Assembly: GCF_006345805.1 (NCBI RefSeq)
Contig: NC_043024.1
Location: 4,278,001 to 4,342,000 of the forward strand
DNA: 64,000 nt
Direction: 5' to 3'
DNA from: Octopus sinensis
Taxonomy: Eukaryota
Position 1 is the stretch's first letter. Each line of letters begins with the position of its first letter. This document shows positions 41,951 to 55,560 of the stretch, one piece after another. The translations under genes were made by a program, and so were the position numbers. The notes beneath the pieces were generated by a model that did not search any database, was not told where the DNA came from, and was given only the letters and a program-made list of their open reading frames with translations.

Positions 41951-42367
41951 GGATCTTTTTGGTTTGAACGGCAGTTTTTTCTTGCGGTGTCATATGAAAT
42001 TGTCACCCATAATTATGACCCTAGTATCGATCTATTGCATTTCAATCTGTTTTAGGGTTGGGGGTGGAGGAAGAGTATCTTTTTTTTTCTTCAGAAATGT
42101 AAATAAATCCAATCTGTTTCTTAAACGAGGGACATATTCATACGGCACATAATGTTTTTTTTAACCTTCAATAGACGTCACTGATTGGTTGAAACTGCAG
42201 AAATTGAAGAAGAAAAACAACAAATATCTTACAAACTATAGAATTTTCTCAATAAAACCAAGAGAAAAAGATGTTTTATAGACACTTTCTACCAGTATAC
42301 GAAGTTTAAATGTGTTTAGTTTCATGGAAATTATTTTAAAAAACTGCTGTTCAAACCGAAAAGATCC
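41951..42367. mobile_element. MITE with GGATCTTTT(T/C)GGTTTGAAC terminal inverted repeats and an 8-bp flanking repeat
   Basis: CTCAATTT at 41943-41950 and 42368-42375; an 8-bp TSD fits hAT or Merlin. Confidence 0.78.
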
Positions 42368-42737
42368 CTCAATTTTTGTGCTTGAAGCATTATAAACATT
42401 TTTATGTCCATTAAAATAATAATAATAATCAAAAGTCTTTGACAATGGTTTTATGTGTGTGTTGGGATTTGGGTTTTGATCACGTGATTTTGGTTGCTGC
42501 TGTTATATGGCTGCACTGCGGCTGTGCGGAGTTCTCTTCTGTTTTGCAGACGACATGTTCAGCTTTGGTTTTAGGGAGTCAAGAATGTAGCAACTCGCTG
42601 CAAAAAAATATTATTGCGTTGAAGTTTCGTTTTGCTTACAATTTAGCAATCTTTGTATTGTATATTGATGTATTTTTCAGTCAATTGAAACCTTTTAAAC
42701 TTTGATATTCGAGTTTTGGTTTATAACAGTGTAGTCT

Positions 42738-43537
42738 GGTGTAGGCATATGGTCTAGTGGTTAGAGCAGTGGACATGCGGTCGCGGGATCGCGGGTTCAA
42801 ATCTCAGACCGAGCGAAACACCTAAGCTCCATGCAGCTCTGGCAGAAGGTAATGGTGAAACTTCTGCTGACTCTTTCACAACAACTTTCTCACTTGTAAC
42901 GGGAATTAGTTGCTTCTTGCACTTTTGGGGTGCAACTCGGGAGCATTCACAATTTCCGTTCCTTTGATTTCCAGATTCTACCAGTCAAAGAACACAAACG
43001 CAACAGTAAAAAATATATACTCTTTATTTTTCTTATAACAGTAAGAAATAAGGTGGTATATTTGGTTCCACTTGGGTCTGGATGTGCAAGGCTGAATTAA
43101 CGCTTATAAGATTTTACAAGTTCACCAGCAAACAGAGCTGGTCAAATATGGCGTCCAGAGAGCGGAGAAAATACACGTCTGCAACAATTTGTGGTGGTAG
43201 GCGTTCTGCTTACTGCTACATGTGTCTGGACGCTTTTGGTTAAGGTTTTACGCTCCCTCGCCTATCAGCTAAATGCCACATCATCATTCCCTTCTTCCAG
43301 TCTTCGCACATGCGCGAGAGGGCACTTCCCTTCTGCCTCTCCAGAAGGCTCCAAACCCCACACACGCGAACTGAAGTGGTGTTGCACGCGCGCGCGCACT
43401 GTTGGATAGCGTCACTACACACTCTTTCCTCCTGCATCTTGCAACTTACCTGCGACGGACTATCGTCCCATCCAGGTGGAGAACCTACACGCCAAGGAAA
43501 CTGGCTCTTATGAGCCTGGCATGGCTCGAGAAGGAAC
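42738..43537 (+). mobile_element. tRNA-derived SINE (family of 63186-63476), interrupted by a solo LTR
   Basis: 13-bp TSD AACAGTGT(A/G)GTCT at 42725-42737 and 43538-43550; halves match the uninterrupted copy. Confidence 0.85.
42895..43419 (-). mobile_element. Solo LTR, 525 bp
   Basis: TG...CA termini, 4-bp TSD CACT at 42891-42894 and 43420-43423, AATAAA on the minus strand, CpG-rich segment. Confidence 0.8.
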
Positions 43538-44149
43538 AACAGTGTGGTCTACTCCCTGATATAAACCTCTTGAAAACTGAGAGATGGGATAAGTTTAATA
43601 GTTCAGATAAAGGATTGCTTCTACAATTTATGAAATCAGAAATGTTGTAAATTTGCACTTTTGAATATCTGCCTTTTAAACATACCTGATGTCTTATATT
43701 ATTTTTTTCTATTCTTTTAGAAAATCACATGAAATTGGCTAAAAAGTATTTTTTACTTTTAAAGAATCATCAATATGTATCATGTTTGAAAGACTCTGCA
43801 AAGATATTCTACAAATGTATAATCCTGCTTCTATAAAACATTGCTGAATTACAGTAAAATATTTCCTCTAAGAGAGAAAGCATTTCTTTACTTCTGTGTC
43901 TGAAATGTGCAAGAGATAATTTTCTCTTTTAAATATACTTTGATGGATTTACAAAGAGTATTTGCGACATCTTTAAATATTGGCAATGATCACATTTAGA
44001 AGAAATATAAGAGAAGTGATATTTGTTTGGAATAAACTATAAAAGCAAAAAGAAGCAAAATATCCATATATTTTGGTGAGAGGAGAATTATTTTTGAAAA
44101 GTTGTTCATCTGTACAACTTGAAGAATTGATTATATTTTTCTTGAAGAG

Positions 44150-44644
44150 ATGTTGGAAGAATTAGGAAAATCATCATATGACTGTGACATCTGCAAAGAG
44201 ACGTTCTTAGAAGAAAGTAAACTCAATCAACACAAACGTATTCATACAGGAGAGAGTCCGTATTCTTGTGAAATCTGTGGAAAATCATTTTCTGATGACA
44301 GTAGCTTAACTCGACACAAACGTATTCATACAGGAGAGAAACCATATCGCTGTGATATCTGTGGTAAATCATTCTCTCAAAACAGTGGCTTAACTGAACA
44401 CAAATGTATTCATACAGGCGAGAAACCATACCCCTGTGATATCTGTGGTAAATCTTTCTCTCAACACAGTGGCTTAACTCAACACAAATGTATTCATACA
44501 GGGGAGAAACCATATCGCTGTGATAGCTGTGGTAAGACGTTCTCTGGAAACAGTCACTTAACTATACACAAATGCATTCACACTCAAGAAAAATCAATTC
44601 ACAGTGATATCTGTGGCAAATCATTTACACAAAATCATTTCTGA
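44150..44644 (+). CDS. C2H2 zinc-finger protein, 164 aa, 5 fingers plus a degenerate remnant
   Basis: Intact ORF; acceptor at 43720. Confidence 0.82.
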   Translation: MLEELGKSSYDCDICKETFLEESKLNQHKRIHTGESPYSCEICGKSFSDDSSLTRHKRIHTGEKPYRCDICGKSFSQNSGLTEHKCIHTGEKPYPCDICGKSFSQHSGLTQHKCIHTGEKPYRCDSCGKTFSGNSHLTIHKCIHTQEKSIHSDICGKSFTQNHF

Positions 44645-46314
44645 TTTAAACACGTCTTTCCTTATGAAGTGGGTCCATAACACAGTGATATTTGTTGTAC
44701 AACATTTCCTCAGAAGGACAAAGGATGTATCTCATAAAGACATCCACAGAATATAGAAACTATATGAATGTGACATCTATAGCAAATCTTTGACATGAAA
44801 TCATCCATTTTTGAATCATACAGAAGAGGAACCACAATGATGATGATCCTTATCATTTAACATTCTCCTATTCATGCCTCCGTGGATCAGATGGAATTCA
44901 TTGATGGCGATTTTCTACATCTGGGTACCTTTCTTGTGACCAATCCTCACCTGTTTCCAAGCAAGGAAATATTTTCCCTGGTGAGACATATTTGACACAG
45001 AGGACTGGAAGTGAACAACTGCACAAGTATGACGGTCATGATGGCCTTTTACGAACATCACATAATATCTGGACATGGGTACATACACAGACACATACAC
45101 ACACACTCACATAAACTATTGTATGTCTCAAGAATTTCTTATAGGAAATATCTTACATGTTTTCTACACATGTAAAAGTTTTTGATTCCTATTAGGAAAT
45201 GAAACACATGTAATGCTGAATAAATAATATCAAACTTTTCTCCAGTCTCCTTATGTGATTTTCTAATTACCTTGCAAAAAATATTAATGTTAGTTAGAGT
45301 AGTGGGGTGAGAGAGAGGGAAAAGTAAAGGAAGGTGGTCTTATAATAATTCTGCTTGTCATTACGTTACTTAGGTCGTCGGTAACACTTTCATGTGATTG
45401 GAGAGAAAGCGGGAGAGAGAAAGGATAAGGCCATGAGTGGGACGGGAAGAGAGAGAAGCGTGCATGATGTGATAGGGGGACATATTTAGTGGAAGGTTGT
45501 GATATAGAGGAGAGTTAGGAATATAATTTTAGATGGTGGGTGATGTTCTGATGGAGAGATTAAAGATAGGTAGAGAGAGACAGATGATGGTGGTGGTTGT
45601 GATGGTGAATACAGAGTGAAAAGTAATGTTTTTTTTTTTTACTTAAACTAAGTTTTTTTACAACACCTACAAATTGAAATGTGTATTGGCTCTCTGATGT
45701 GGTTTTCAGAGTAAGCCATGTTACATTAAATTGTGACCCCTATATTTTACATATAAAGTAATTTTTTTAGTATACACTTCTTGTGTTTTAGGTAAGAAAT
45801 TGTGCCCATGTAAATTTTAAAATGTAATTTTTTTCTGTTTATGAGAAAACTGGAAAAATATGAGCGAATATTTATTTTATGAGTGCTGTGTCTATAAAAT
45901 TGTGCATAAAGTGTATTAAGTAATTACCGTATTCCAATTTCCTTCAGTTTTCAGTGAATAGCAGATGAGCGACTATCTTTTGATGCAGACACAATACAGG
46001 CTACACTTTAGAGTGTTTTGGTTTCAGGAATAACTCAATACATTGCCTCACTAGACACCGAGGCCATGACTAGTGACCGGGACCTTTTGTTTTGGGATAA
46101 TGGATAAACAGCTAAAAGATTATATAAATATATATTTATAAAATTAAAGACTTAAATCTGTACAAGAAGCAAAGCAAAAAGAAAAGAATTCAATTAAGAA
46201 TGCATCTGATGAAAGAATATTGGTTTAAAAAACATACGACATAAAAATGATAACAATGAAGACTATAAGGAATATGAGGGAGATAGGGTGAATCCTTTCT
46301 ATTTGACAATGGTC

Positions 46315-46695
46315 GGGCATTGTCTTGTTGGAAGACTAATGCTTTTCTGTTGGTAATCTCCAGCCGCAGTTCTTTGATTCATTTTGGTTCAAATTAGCCA
46401 TTTGATGACAGAACACATCAGAATTAATGGTCTGGTTTTATGGGAGAAGGTCATAACAAACAATGCCTTTATGATCCCAGCAAACACAAAGCACAGGTTT
46501 GTTGCCATGGATATTCATCTTTGGTTGCTTGGGGGATATTTCTTCAAACTCCAGGATCAGTTTTGCACAACATTAAGCATGCAATCCATTTTTCACATCC
46601 AGTCACAAGTCCTTTCCAAAAAAGGGCATGCTTTCTTTCCATTTCAAAAGCATGTCCCAAACGGTATACTGGTCCCAGCAATTCTTATCTGAGAG
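46315..46695 (-). mobile_element. Decayed mariner transposase fragment
   Basis: LVTGCEKWI, LCVCWDHKGIV, NQTINSDVFC and LVFQQDNARP in broken frames. Confidence 0.75.
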
Positions 46696-47136
46696 TTTCA
46701 AGCACCCATATATTAAAGCAAAGAGTAAGATAGAAAGAGGGACAGAGAGAAGCGTACATGAAACGTGATAGGGGGAACATAATATTTATTACATGGTTAA
46801 AAAAGTTAGTTGAAGTTGATGATATAGAGAAGTTAGCAATATAATTTTAGCAGAGTGGTGATGTTCTGATGGTGAGATTTGAGGCACAAAGAGACAGAGA
46901 GATGATGGTTGTGGTGGAGGAAATGGTGATGGACAGTGCATAGTTAAAAGTAATTTGTTTTTAATTGAAAAAATTTTTTTTTATATCACGTATTTGCAGA
47001 ATCGTATGAATTTCCGTGTAAAAAGTACAAAATCACAATAATTTGACATTTCACACCCCTTTTTTACATGAACAAAATGACAGCTTCCAAATATTGTTTT
47101 CTAAATGGGTAAGAATGATGAAACTTTAAACCACAG

Positions 47137-49057
47137 TGTTACACATTCATATCTATGTGTATACGCAGGTATACGTATGTAGAATACATCCCCACTTTTG
47201 GCACTATTTTGTAAGTAACAGTACGAACTATGTCTAAAGTATATATGTATCACTACGCTGAATGTAGTCCAGTTCATGTAACATGAAAAGTAAATAAACA
47301 CGTAAAACAATAACAATGGCTTCGTATTGAGTTGTCTATCCCATTAGAACCAAAACTACACATAACATTGTGGCAGCGGTAAATAATTAATCAGAAAATT
47401 TTTTTGGGCAAGTGTGCGATAAAAACAAAGGAGTGCAAATTCTTTGGAATTATATACTCTGCAGAGGGAGTTAAACCAGACCCCGCTAAAGTGGAAGCCA
47501 TCAGAGACATTAAAGAACCTAAAGACAAGAAGGAACTCAGGAGCTTCCTGGGACTCATTCACTACATGGGAGCCTTCATACCCAAGCTGGCCGATCACAC
47601 TGCAAATCTCCGAGAACTAAACAAAGATGACATAGAGTTTGATTGGTGTGTTTCACACACACAGGATTTCAAAGCAATCAAAAAGCTCATCAGTGAGGAG
47701 ACAACTTTGCAATACTATGACAGACGCAAACCAGTAACACTCCAAGTCGATGCTTCTATGAAAGGAGTTGGTGCAGCACTGATACAGGAAGGTAAACCCA
47801 TTGCATATGCCTCGAAAGCTCTCTCACCCACAGAGACAAGGTACTCAAATATTGAAAGGGAACTCCTGGCAGTAGTATAGGGATGTGAAAAGTTCCATAC
47901 ATACCTGTATGGCAGACATTTCAATAGTGAAACAGACCATCGCCCGCTAGAACAAATACATAGAAAAAAACCTGACAAAAGCACCAGCCAAACTGCAGAG
48001 ATTACTGTTAAGGCTTCAAACATACGACTATGACATCAGGTACAAGCCAGGAAAAGACCTGATATTGGCAGATGTTCTTTCCAGACTATCCTCACCTGAT
48101 AAACAGGAGATGGAAGGACAAAGCATAAAGGTCCACCACATTATAAATGTAACAACCACCTATCAGCAGACAACGTGTACAACACCTGCTGCATCAGTGA
48201 CAACACCCACAGAATCGTCATCCCAATGGGCACGAACCACCCATCAGCAGCCCAACAACACACCTCAGACACCGGTGCGAAGCCCAAGATCCACCAGGTG
48301 GAGAAAGAACATCCTGCCACCGGTTCGATACCGTTAAAGAAAAAATATTTGCTCTTTTTATTCATGATAAAGTTTTTTTTTGAAAAAACTTTATCATGAA
48401 TAAAAAGAGAAAATATTTACATTTTTTTTATCAAAATATACCATTAGTTTCAATTGCCTAAAAAAATTTAATAAGAAAATGAAAACCAAAAAAAATATAT
48501 ATATATATATATAAAAACTGCTATGATTAATTTAATTTCACTCAATTTGGTTTTCATTTTCTTATTAAATTTCTTTAAGGCAATTGAAACTCATAGTATA
48601 TTTTGATTTTAAAAAATGTAAATATTTTCTCTTTTTATTCACGATAAAGTTTTTTCAAAAGAAAAGAAGAAAAAAAACGAAAAGATAAGTAACTAATTCT
48701 GCTCGTTTACAAAGCAGAGGCAGAATAATCTCAAGGTTTCCGCTGCAGGATGGCCACCTCGCGCTGACAATCCATTAGAGAAAGAGAGACTAGTATATTT
48801 GTCTTCACTGCCAAAAGACCCCTTTTTTTTTCAAGAAGAAGGGATGTTACACATTCATATCTGTGCGTGTGTGGGATGCGTCCCCGCTTTTGGCACTATT
48901 TTATAAGTATTACTACGCTGTGTCTAAAGTGATATCGGTGTCGCTGCGCTGAATGTAGTCCAGTTCTTGTAACATGAAAAAGTAAATAAACACGTAAAAG
49001 AATAACTATGCTTCGTATTGAGTTGTCTATCCCATTAGAACGAAACTACACATAACA
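47137..49057 (+). mobile_element. Internally deleted Gypsy/Ty3 LTR retrotransposon
   Basis: LTRs 47137-47367 and 48845-49057 (TGTT...AACA); PBS TGGCAGCGGT, complementary to a tRNA-Leu 3' end; PPT AAGAAGAAGGGA; RT-end/RNase H remnant 47404-48100 (DAS, ERELLA, TDHRPL, ADVLSR); no TSD found. Confidence 0.9.
48342..48660. repeat. Nested AT-rich palindromes inside the Gypsy element
   Basis: 48385-48492 is reverse-complemented at about 48545-48660; 48342-48381 also pairs with 48385-48420. Confidence 0.8.
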
Positions 49058-50164
49058 GTGATGAAGCCGAATATTGAAGAAATCTCTTTCACAAAATACC
49101 AAATCTATTAAAGTAGAGCCGCAATTCTTTAAAGACTGGAGTTAACTCCCGTTGTTCATTGTCAAAACTCTTCCTCATTAATTGTATTTCTTGTTCTTGT
49201 TTCTCACGCACCTTGATTGTTTGATCAGTTCCACTTGACAACTGATATTTAAGAGGAAAACCCAATCAAATATACAAATGATTGGTAATTAACTGTCTAA
49301 ACAAGCAGATACAGCATTTACGATTATGTGGACCTGAAAAATATTAATTAACGTTTGTTGTAGAAAACTAGAAATTCTCTTGAAGCTGTCGTTGTCCACT
49401 CTGACTCCAGTTCTCACATCTTCCTCCTTCACTCTTTCTCTCCATATCTATTACTATGTAAGTATTTATTTAAACATTTCTATTATATATGTGTCGTATT
49501 ATGTACATTTATTTGTTTCGATGTGTTGAGAAAGTTAAAAGAAAAAAAAATCTCTCGAAGACGAAATTATACGAAAGGCTGTAATTTTAATACTTTCATT
49601 GTGTTGTCGTTTTCTTTTAGACATTTCATTGCACGTTTGGTTATTTTCTAAATTTTTGTAAAAACGTCGGATCAATTCCTTGTTTAGATAACATTTATCT
49701 TTCTTTCTAACGTGTAATTTCGACAATTTCGTTAAATACGGGAAAATTACGACGTAATTAGTAAGAAATGGGGAATTTACAAAAGTACGAGTGTGCACTT
49801 GAAATACTGAAACGAAAAGCAAATATCGTATCGAGAGGAAATGAAACGGCTTTTATTTGAGACATAGGAAGTCTTTATTTCTGGTGGTTCTTCTGCATCA
49901 TTAAAAGTTAGAATTAATATGTTTTTCTAATTTATTTAATTTTGTGTGTGTGTGTGGAGTGCTGCTTTAAGCACCTAATATAATCCCTCGTCACATATTT
50001 TTATTTGGGGGAATTTTCAGAAATTTTTGCGTACGAGAATTCGTTCGGTCATGCAACCAAAAAAAGAAAAGAATCAACTGCGATTTATGAGCTATTTAGC
50101 TGTTATTTTTCGCACATCTCACGACCAGTATGGTAATAATTCGGTTAATATAGGGCGTAACAAA

Positions 50165-50525
50165 TATCAGAAAATCAAAAAAAAAATGTGTGTAATAGGT
50201 GTAAAACAACTTCCTATGAACGAATATGAAAAAAAAAATTCGCGCACGCGAAAGGGGGGTGGGGGAGAGGCCTCGGAAAATTCACATCGGGAAGTTCCGA
50301 AAGCGTCTGAGGAGCTGACCCGGGCACCAAAACAAAAAAAAAATAGTGTAATATGTGTAAAACAACTTGCTCTAAACGACTATCATGAAAAAAATGTGCG
50401 CTCGCGAAAGGGGGGTGGGGGAGAGGCTTCGGAAATTTCACATCTTCAGTCCACGGCCTTTAAACTAAGAAAAAATAGTGTAATTGGTGTAAAACTACTT
50501 GTTCTAAACGAGTATCAAGAACACA
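50165..50525 (+). repeat. About 2.3 copies of an approximately 155-165-bp repeat with a G-rich core; core motif also at about 21255 and 21410
   Basis: GTGTAAAACAACTT...CGCGAAAGGGGGGTGGGGGAGAGGC(C/T)TCGGAAA(A/T)TTCACATC recurs. Confidence 0.7.
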
Positions 50526-51501
50526 CACTCACACATGAATCATAAACTCCGTATTTCGCAAAAAAAAAAATAAAGAGAAGAAATTCTGGAAAAAGTGAAG
50601 AAATGTTGGATCTCATTCCTTGGTTAAAGCTATTTTAAACATTAAATTTATGCTTTTCTTTGAAATAGTTCAGATATATGCAATTCTTCTCACTTATTAA
50701 GATGCATTTATCAGAAAAAAAGAGACAGAAAAAATTATTATTTTGTGTCAATCCTTCCCTAATTATCCTTTATTAATTAGTTTTGGCGTGTATTTTTTTC
50801 CCAAATTTATTTTTTCACCTTTACAACACTGTTTAGTAAAGCAATTAATTATCTTTATAATTTGCATATTTGACTTATTAATCAAAATTCTCTAGATGTA
50901 ATATATACTAAGTAATGCATCCTTCATTTATGTGTTCCGTTTTGTATTATGCATGCGTGACTGTTTGTATGTAAGTGTGTTTAACTGTGCACATGAATGT
51001 GAATATTAAAGAACATATTTATTTACTATGATTGTTATTTTCAGAACAAATAAATCTTTTGGCTGTTATGTTATTGATGTTATTATTATTGTTAGTTAAA
51101 GGGTGGTGACTTGGCTGAATATTTTGAGTCTTGTAGTATGTAGTTGTGTTAGTCAATATTCTGAGTTCAAATCCAACTCATTTCTTTATCATCATTATCG
51201 ATGGACCACTCAAAGAGGTATGTATACATTATCATTTTCGTAACATAATTTCTGTAGTATTTCAAGATGTTTCTGACACGTATTTTGATTCACATGGCGG
51301 AGATCCAACATTTCTTCACTTTTTCCAGAATTTCTTCTCTTTATTTTTTTTTTTTTGCGAAATACGGAGTTTATGATTCATGTGTGAGTGTGTGTTCTTG
51401 ATACTCGTTTAGAACAAGTAGTTTTACACCAATTACACTATTTTTTCTTAGTTTAAAGGCCGTGGACTGAAGATGTGAAATTTCCGAAGCCTCTCCCCCA
51501 C
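50415..51501. repeat. Near-perfect 200-bp inverted repeat (50415-50614 and 51300-51501) with a 685-bp spacer
   Basis: Direct reverse-complement comparison; differences are mainly in the length of an A run. Confidence 0.9.
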
Positions 51502-51640
51502 TGCTTAAGTTCCTCTGGGCTTGCAGGAAGAGGGGAGACATAGACTAGGCCCTCCCTGAGAAAGAAACGGCAAGGTGTCAGCTCAGGTGAACGTGGCGGC
51601 CATTTCAACAGCACGTTGCCTTCTTCAGGACGCCCCAAAC
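51502..51640 (-). mobile_element. Tc1/mariner-superfamily transposase C-terminal fragment
   Basis: WPPRSPELTPC.FF...VYVSPLPAS.EELKQ, matching the WPPRSPDL motif. Confidence 0.75.
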
Positions 51641-51834
51641 TCTTCGGAGGAATCTGGCTTTCATTCTCCACATCAACCAATAATTTTTCCTACATCAAAA
51701 ATTCCCCACTAAGAATTTTGATGCTGTTAGTGAGACATCAGTATTATTTACTGACATTTATTCATCTTTTATGCTCAACAAAATGTTAACGTTGAGCTTA
51801 CTGTGTATATATATATATATATATATATATTATA

Positions 51835-52085
51835 TTATATTATATTAAATTAGAGATAAAACCACTGTTAGGCAAATCAAATATTAGCCAATACATAAAA
51901 TTAATTTAAATATATATATAAATATATATATATATGTGTGTGTGTATGATGTATATTTTTATATTTATATATTATTTTATTTTAACTTATATTTTTAAAT
52001 TAATTTTATGTATTGGCTTATGTTTTTCACTGTTTGATTTGGCTAATAGTGGTTTTATCTCTAATTTAATATAATATAATATAAT
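51835..52085. mobile_element. TA-flanked MITE in a (TA)n tract; partial copy at about 15066-15240
   Basis: About 45-bp TIRs ATATTAAATTAGAGATAAAACCACT and AGTGGTTTTATCTCTAATTTAATAT. Confidence 0.75.
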
Positions 52086-52199
52086 ATATTTATACTATAA
52101 AATTGGATTTAATCCTAAATCTAATTTTTTCTTGTATGTTTGGATTTATTCCCTAATATTATTATTATATATATATATATATATGTATTTGTATATATG

Positions 52200-52498
52200 G
52201 CTCCCATGCAGGTGGCATGTAAAAAGTACCATTCGAGCATGATTGATGCTAGTGCTGCCTGACTTGCACCCGTGCCGGTGGCACATACATAGCACCATTC
52301 AAGCATGGTCGATGCCAATGCTACCTGACTGGCTCCGTGGCACATAAAAGGCAACCGCTACACACTCAAACAGCATCCAGCTATAGAAATCTTGCCTGAT
52401 AAGATTGAAACCTTGTTCAGCCTCATGGCTTGCCAGTCCTCAGTCAAACCTCACAACCCATACCAGCGTGGAAGGCAGATGTTAAACGATGATGATGA
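52200..52498 (+). mobile_element. Diverged RTE-type 3' UTR fragment
   Basis: GTGCCGGTGGCAC hairpin units, CATCCAGCTATAGAAA, GATGATGAT tail. Confidence 0.7.
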
Positions 52499-53246
52499 AG
52501 GTAGAGAAAGAGCGATGTCTGTTTTAGCAAACAAAGATACAAGTCTGCAATGAATACATCAGAAATCATATGTATATTGGTGTGTGTGTGGAAGTGTGTC
52601 TATGACAGACTTTATATTCCAGGAGTTGGTATTATAATAGATGTGTCTACTCTATGATATAAACATTTTGGTAATGCAAAAATTGGATAAATTTAATAGT
52701 TCAGATAAAGAATTACTTCTACAATTTATGAAAAGAGAAATGTCGTAAATTTGCACTTTTGAATATCTGCCTTTTAAACATACTTGATGTCTTATATTAT
52801 TTTTTCTATTCTTTCAGAAAATCATATGAAATTGGCTAAAAAGTATTTTTTACTTTTAAAGAATCATCAATATGTATCATGTTTGAAAGACTCTGCAAAG
52901 ATATTCTACAAATGTATACTCCTGCTTCTATAAAACATTGCTGAATTACAGTAAAATATTTCCTTTGAGAGAGAAAGTGTTTATTTACTTCTGTGTCTGA
53001 AATGTGCAGAAGATAATTTTCTCTTTTAAATATACTTTGATAGATTTACAAAGAGTATTTGCGGCATTTTTAAATATTGGCATTGATCACATTTAGAAGA
53101 AATATAAAAGAAGTGATATTTGTTTGGAATTAACTATTAAAGCAAAAAGAAGCAAAATATCCATATATTTTTGTGAGAGAAGAAATATTTTTGAAAAGTT
53201 GTTGATCTGTACAACTTGAAGGTTCAGTTTTATTTTTCTTGAAGAG

Positions 53247-54200
53247 ATGTCGGAAGAAGCAGGAAAATCATCATATGACTGTGACATCTGCAAAGAGTCA
53301 TTCTTAGAAGAAAGTAAATTCAATCAACACAAACAAATCCATGCAGAGGAACAACAATATCACTGTGATATCTGTGGTAAATCATTCCATCATGGCAGGA
53401 ACTTAACAAAACACAAGCATATTCATACAGGGAAGAAACCATTTATCTGTGATATCTGTGGTAAATCATTCTCTCAAAGCTGTAACTTAACGAAACATAA
53501 ACGTATTCATACAGGGGAGAAACCATATCACTGTGATATCTGTGGTAAATCATTCTCTCGTTATGATTTCTTAGCTATTCACATACGTATTCATACAGCG
53601 GACAAACAATACCACTGTGATATCTGTGGTAAATCATTCTATCAAGAAGGTAACTTAACTCAACACAAACGGGTTCATACAGGAGAGAAGCCTTATTCCT
53701 GTGATATCTGTGGTAAATCATTCTCTGTTAGCAGTAGCTTAACTGCTCACAAGCGTATTCATACAGGTGAGAAACCATATCACTGTGATATCTGTGGTAA
53801 ATCATTCTATCAGGGAAGTAACTTAACTACTCACAGACGGGTTCATGGATGGGACAAACCATATCACTGTGATATCTGTGGTAAATCATTTTCTCGAGGA
53901 GGCAAATTAACTACTCACATACGTGTTCATACAGGTGAGAAACCATATACCTGTACTATCTGTGGAAGATCATTCTCTGTTCACAGCAGCTTCACTAACC
54001 ACAAGCGTATTCATACAGGTGAGAAACCATATCACTGTACTATCTGTGGAAGATCATTCTCTGTTCACAGCAGCTTCACTAACCACAAGCGTATTCATAC
54101 AGGTGAGAAACCATATCACTGTACTATCTGTGGAAGATCATTCTCTGTTCTCAGCTTCTTAACTAAACACAAGCGTATTCATACAGGGGACAAACCATAA
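53247..54200 (+). CDS. C2H2 zinc-finger protein, 317 aa, 11 fingers; two more fingers lie behind the stop
   Basis: Intact ORF; acceptor at 52817; TAA replaces the linker Tyr codon; fingers 9 and 10 are identical 84-bp repeats. Confidence 0.9.
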   Translation: MSEEAGKSSYDCDICKESFLEESKFNQHKQIHAEEQQYHCDICGKSFHHGRNLTKHKHIHTGKKPFICDICGKSFSQSCNLTKHKRIHTGEKPYHCDICGKSFSRYDFLAIHIRIHTADKQYHCDICGKSFYQEGNLTQHKRVHTGEKPYSCDICGKSFSVSSSLTAHKRIHTGEKPYHCDICGKSFYQGSNLTTHRRVHGWDKPYHCDICGKSFSRGGKLTTHIRVHTGEKPYTCTICGRSFSVHSSFTNHKRIHTGEKPYHCTICGRSFSVHSSFTNHKRIHTGEKPYHCTICGRSFSVLSFLTKHKRIHTGDKP

Positions 54201-54275
54201 CCTTGTAATATTTGTGGTAAATCATTCTCTCAGAACAGTGGCTTCATTCACCACAACCATATTCATACAGGGTAG

Positions 54276-54389
<114 letters not shown>

Positions 54390-55171
54390 TGATTTAAACA
54401 GAAGTCTTTCCTTATGAAGTGGGTCCATAACACAGTGATATTTGTTGTATAACATTTCCTCAGAAGGACAAAGGACGTATCTCATAAAGACATCCACAGA
54501 ATATAGAAACGATATGAATGTGACATCTATAGTAAATCTTTGACATGAAATCATCCATTATTGAATCAAAAGAGCATTGACAGAGGAAGGAAAACATATC
54601 ACTGTGATGTTAAACCTGAATCTTTCTTTCAAAATGGTGAATTGTTTGTAGACAGTCCTGTTAATATGAAGAATATGCCATACCCTAAGATATCTGTTAA
54701 TGATCAGTTATAACATAAATGGATTCAAACAGAAGAGGAACCATATCACTACGATGATGATGATCATCATCATTTAACATTCACTTTTACATTCTTCTAT
54801 GGATCAGATTGAATTCATTGATACCTTCCCTGTTTCCTAGCAAGGAAATATTTTCCCTGGTGAGACATATTTTACACAGAAGACTGGAAATGAACAACTA
54901 CAGAAGTATGACGGTCATGATGGCCATTTACGAACACCACATAATATTTGGACAAGGGTCCACACACACACACACATATGTATGTCTGAAGATTTTCTTA
55001 TAGGAAATATCTTATATGTTCTCTACACATCTAATAGTTTATAATTCCTATTAGGAAATGAAACACATGTAATGCTGAATAAATAATATCAAACTTTTCT
55101 CCACTGTCCTTATGTGTTATGTAATTACTCTGCAAAAAATATCATCCAGACTGCCCACAAAAATAATATAT

Positions 55172-55560
55172 GTATACCGTAAATCCTTGAGTATAATCCG
55201 CATTGTTTTCCCAAAATTTATCGGTCAAAATCCCTAGTGTGTACTATATACCAGGTTAAAATTGAAAAATATTTTCTAAGCAATGTCTGAGTCTCTATTT
55301 TGCTGTCAGGCAATGTTTATTCAGACGCATTTTGTGCTGTCAGGCACGAAAATACCTTAAGCTAAGCCTGAAAGCAATGAAGTCATAAATTAATCATCCA
55401 TAACTTGCAATAAGCAACACTTATTAAAATAAAAGTATTCAGAACACAGAATAACATGTAACAAAAACAATTTGGAAACATATTTACATTCCCATATAAC
55501 AGTTAAGAACATCACCACTATTGTATTACGCATGCGTGGAAGTGTTTGTTTGACTAGGTG
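55172..55560. mobile_element. Unclassified insertion (possible DNA transposon end) replacing the usual upstream block of the 55729 gene
   Basis: Abrupt loss of paralog homology at TATACCGTAAATCCTTGAG; homology resumes near 55575. Confidence 0.4.

Noticed and set aside
50027-50545. 172-aa basic ORF
   Set aside because: It starts at a non-ATG codon, follows the tandem repeat and A-runs, and has no domain motif.
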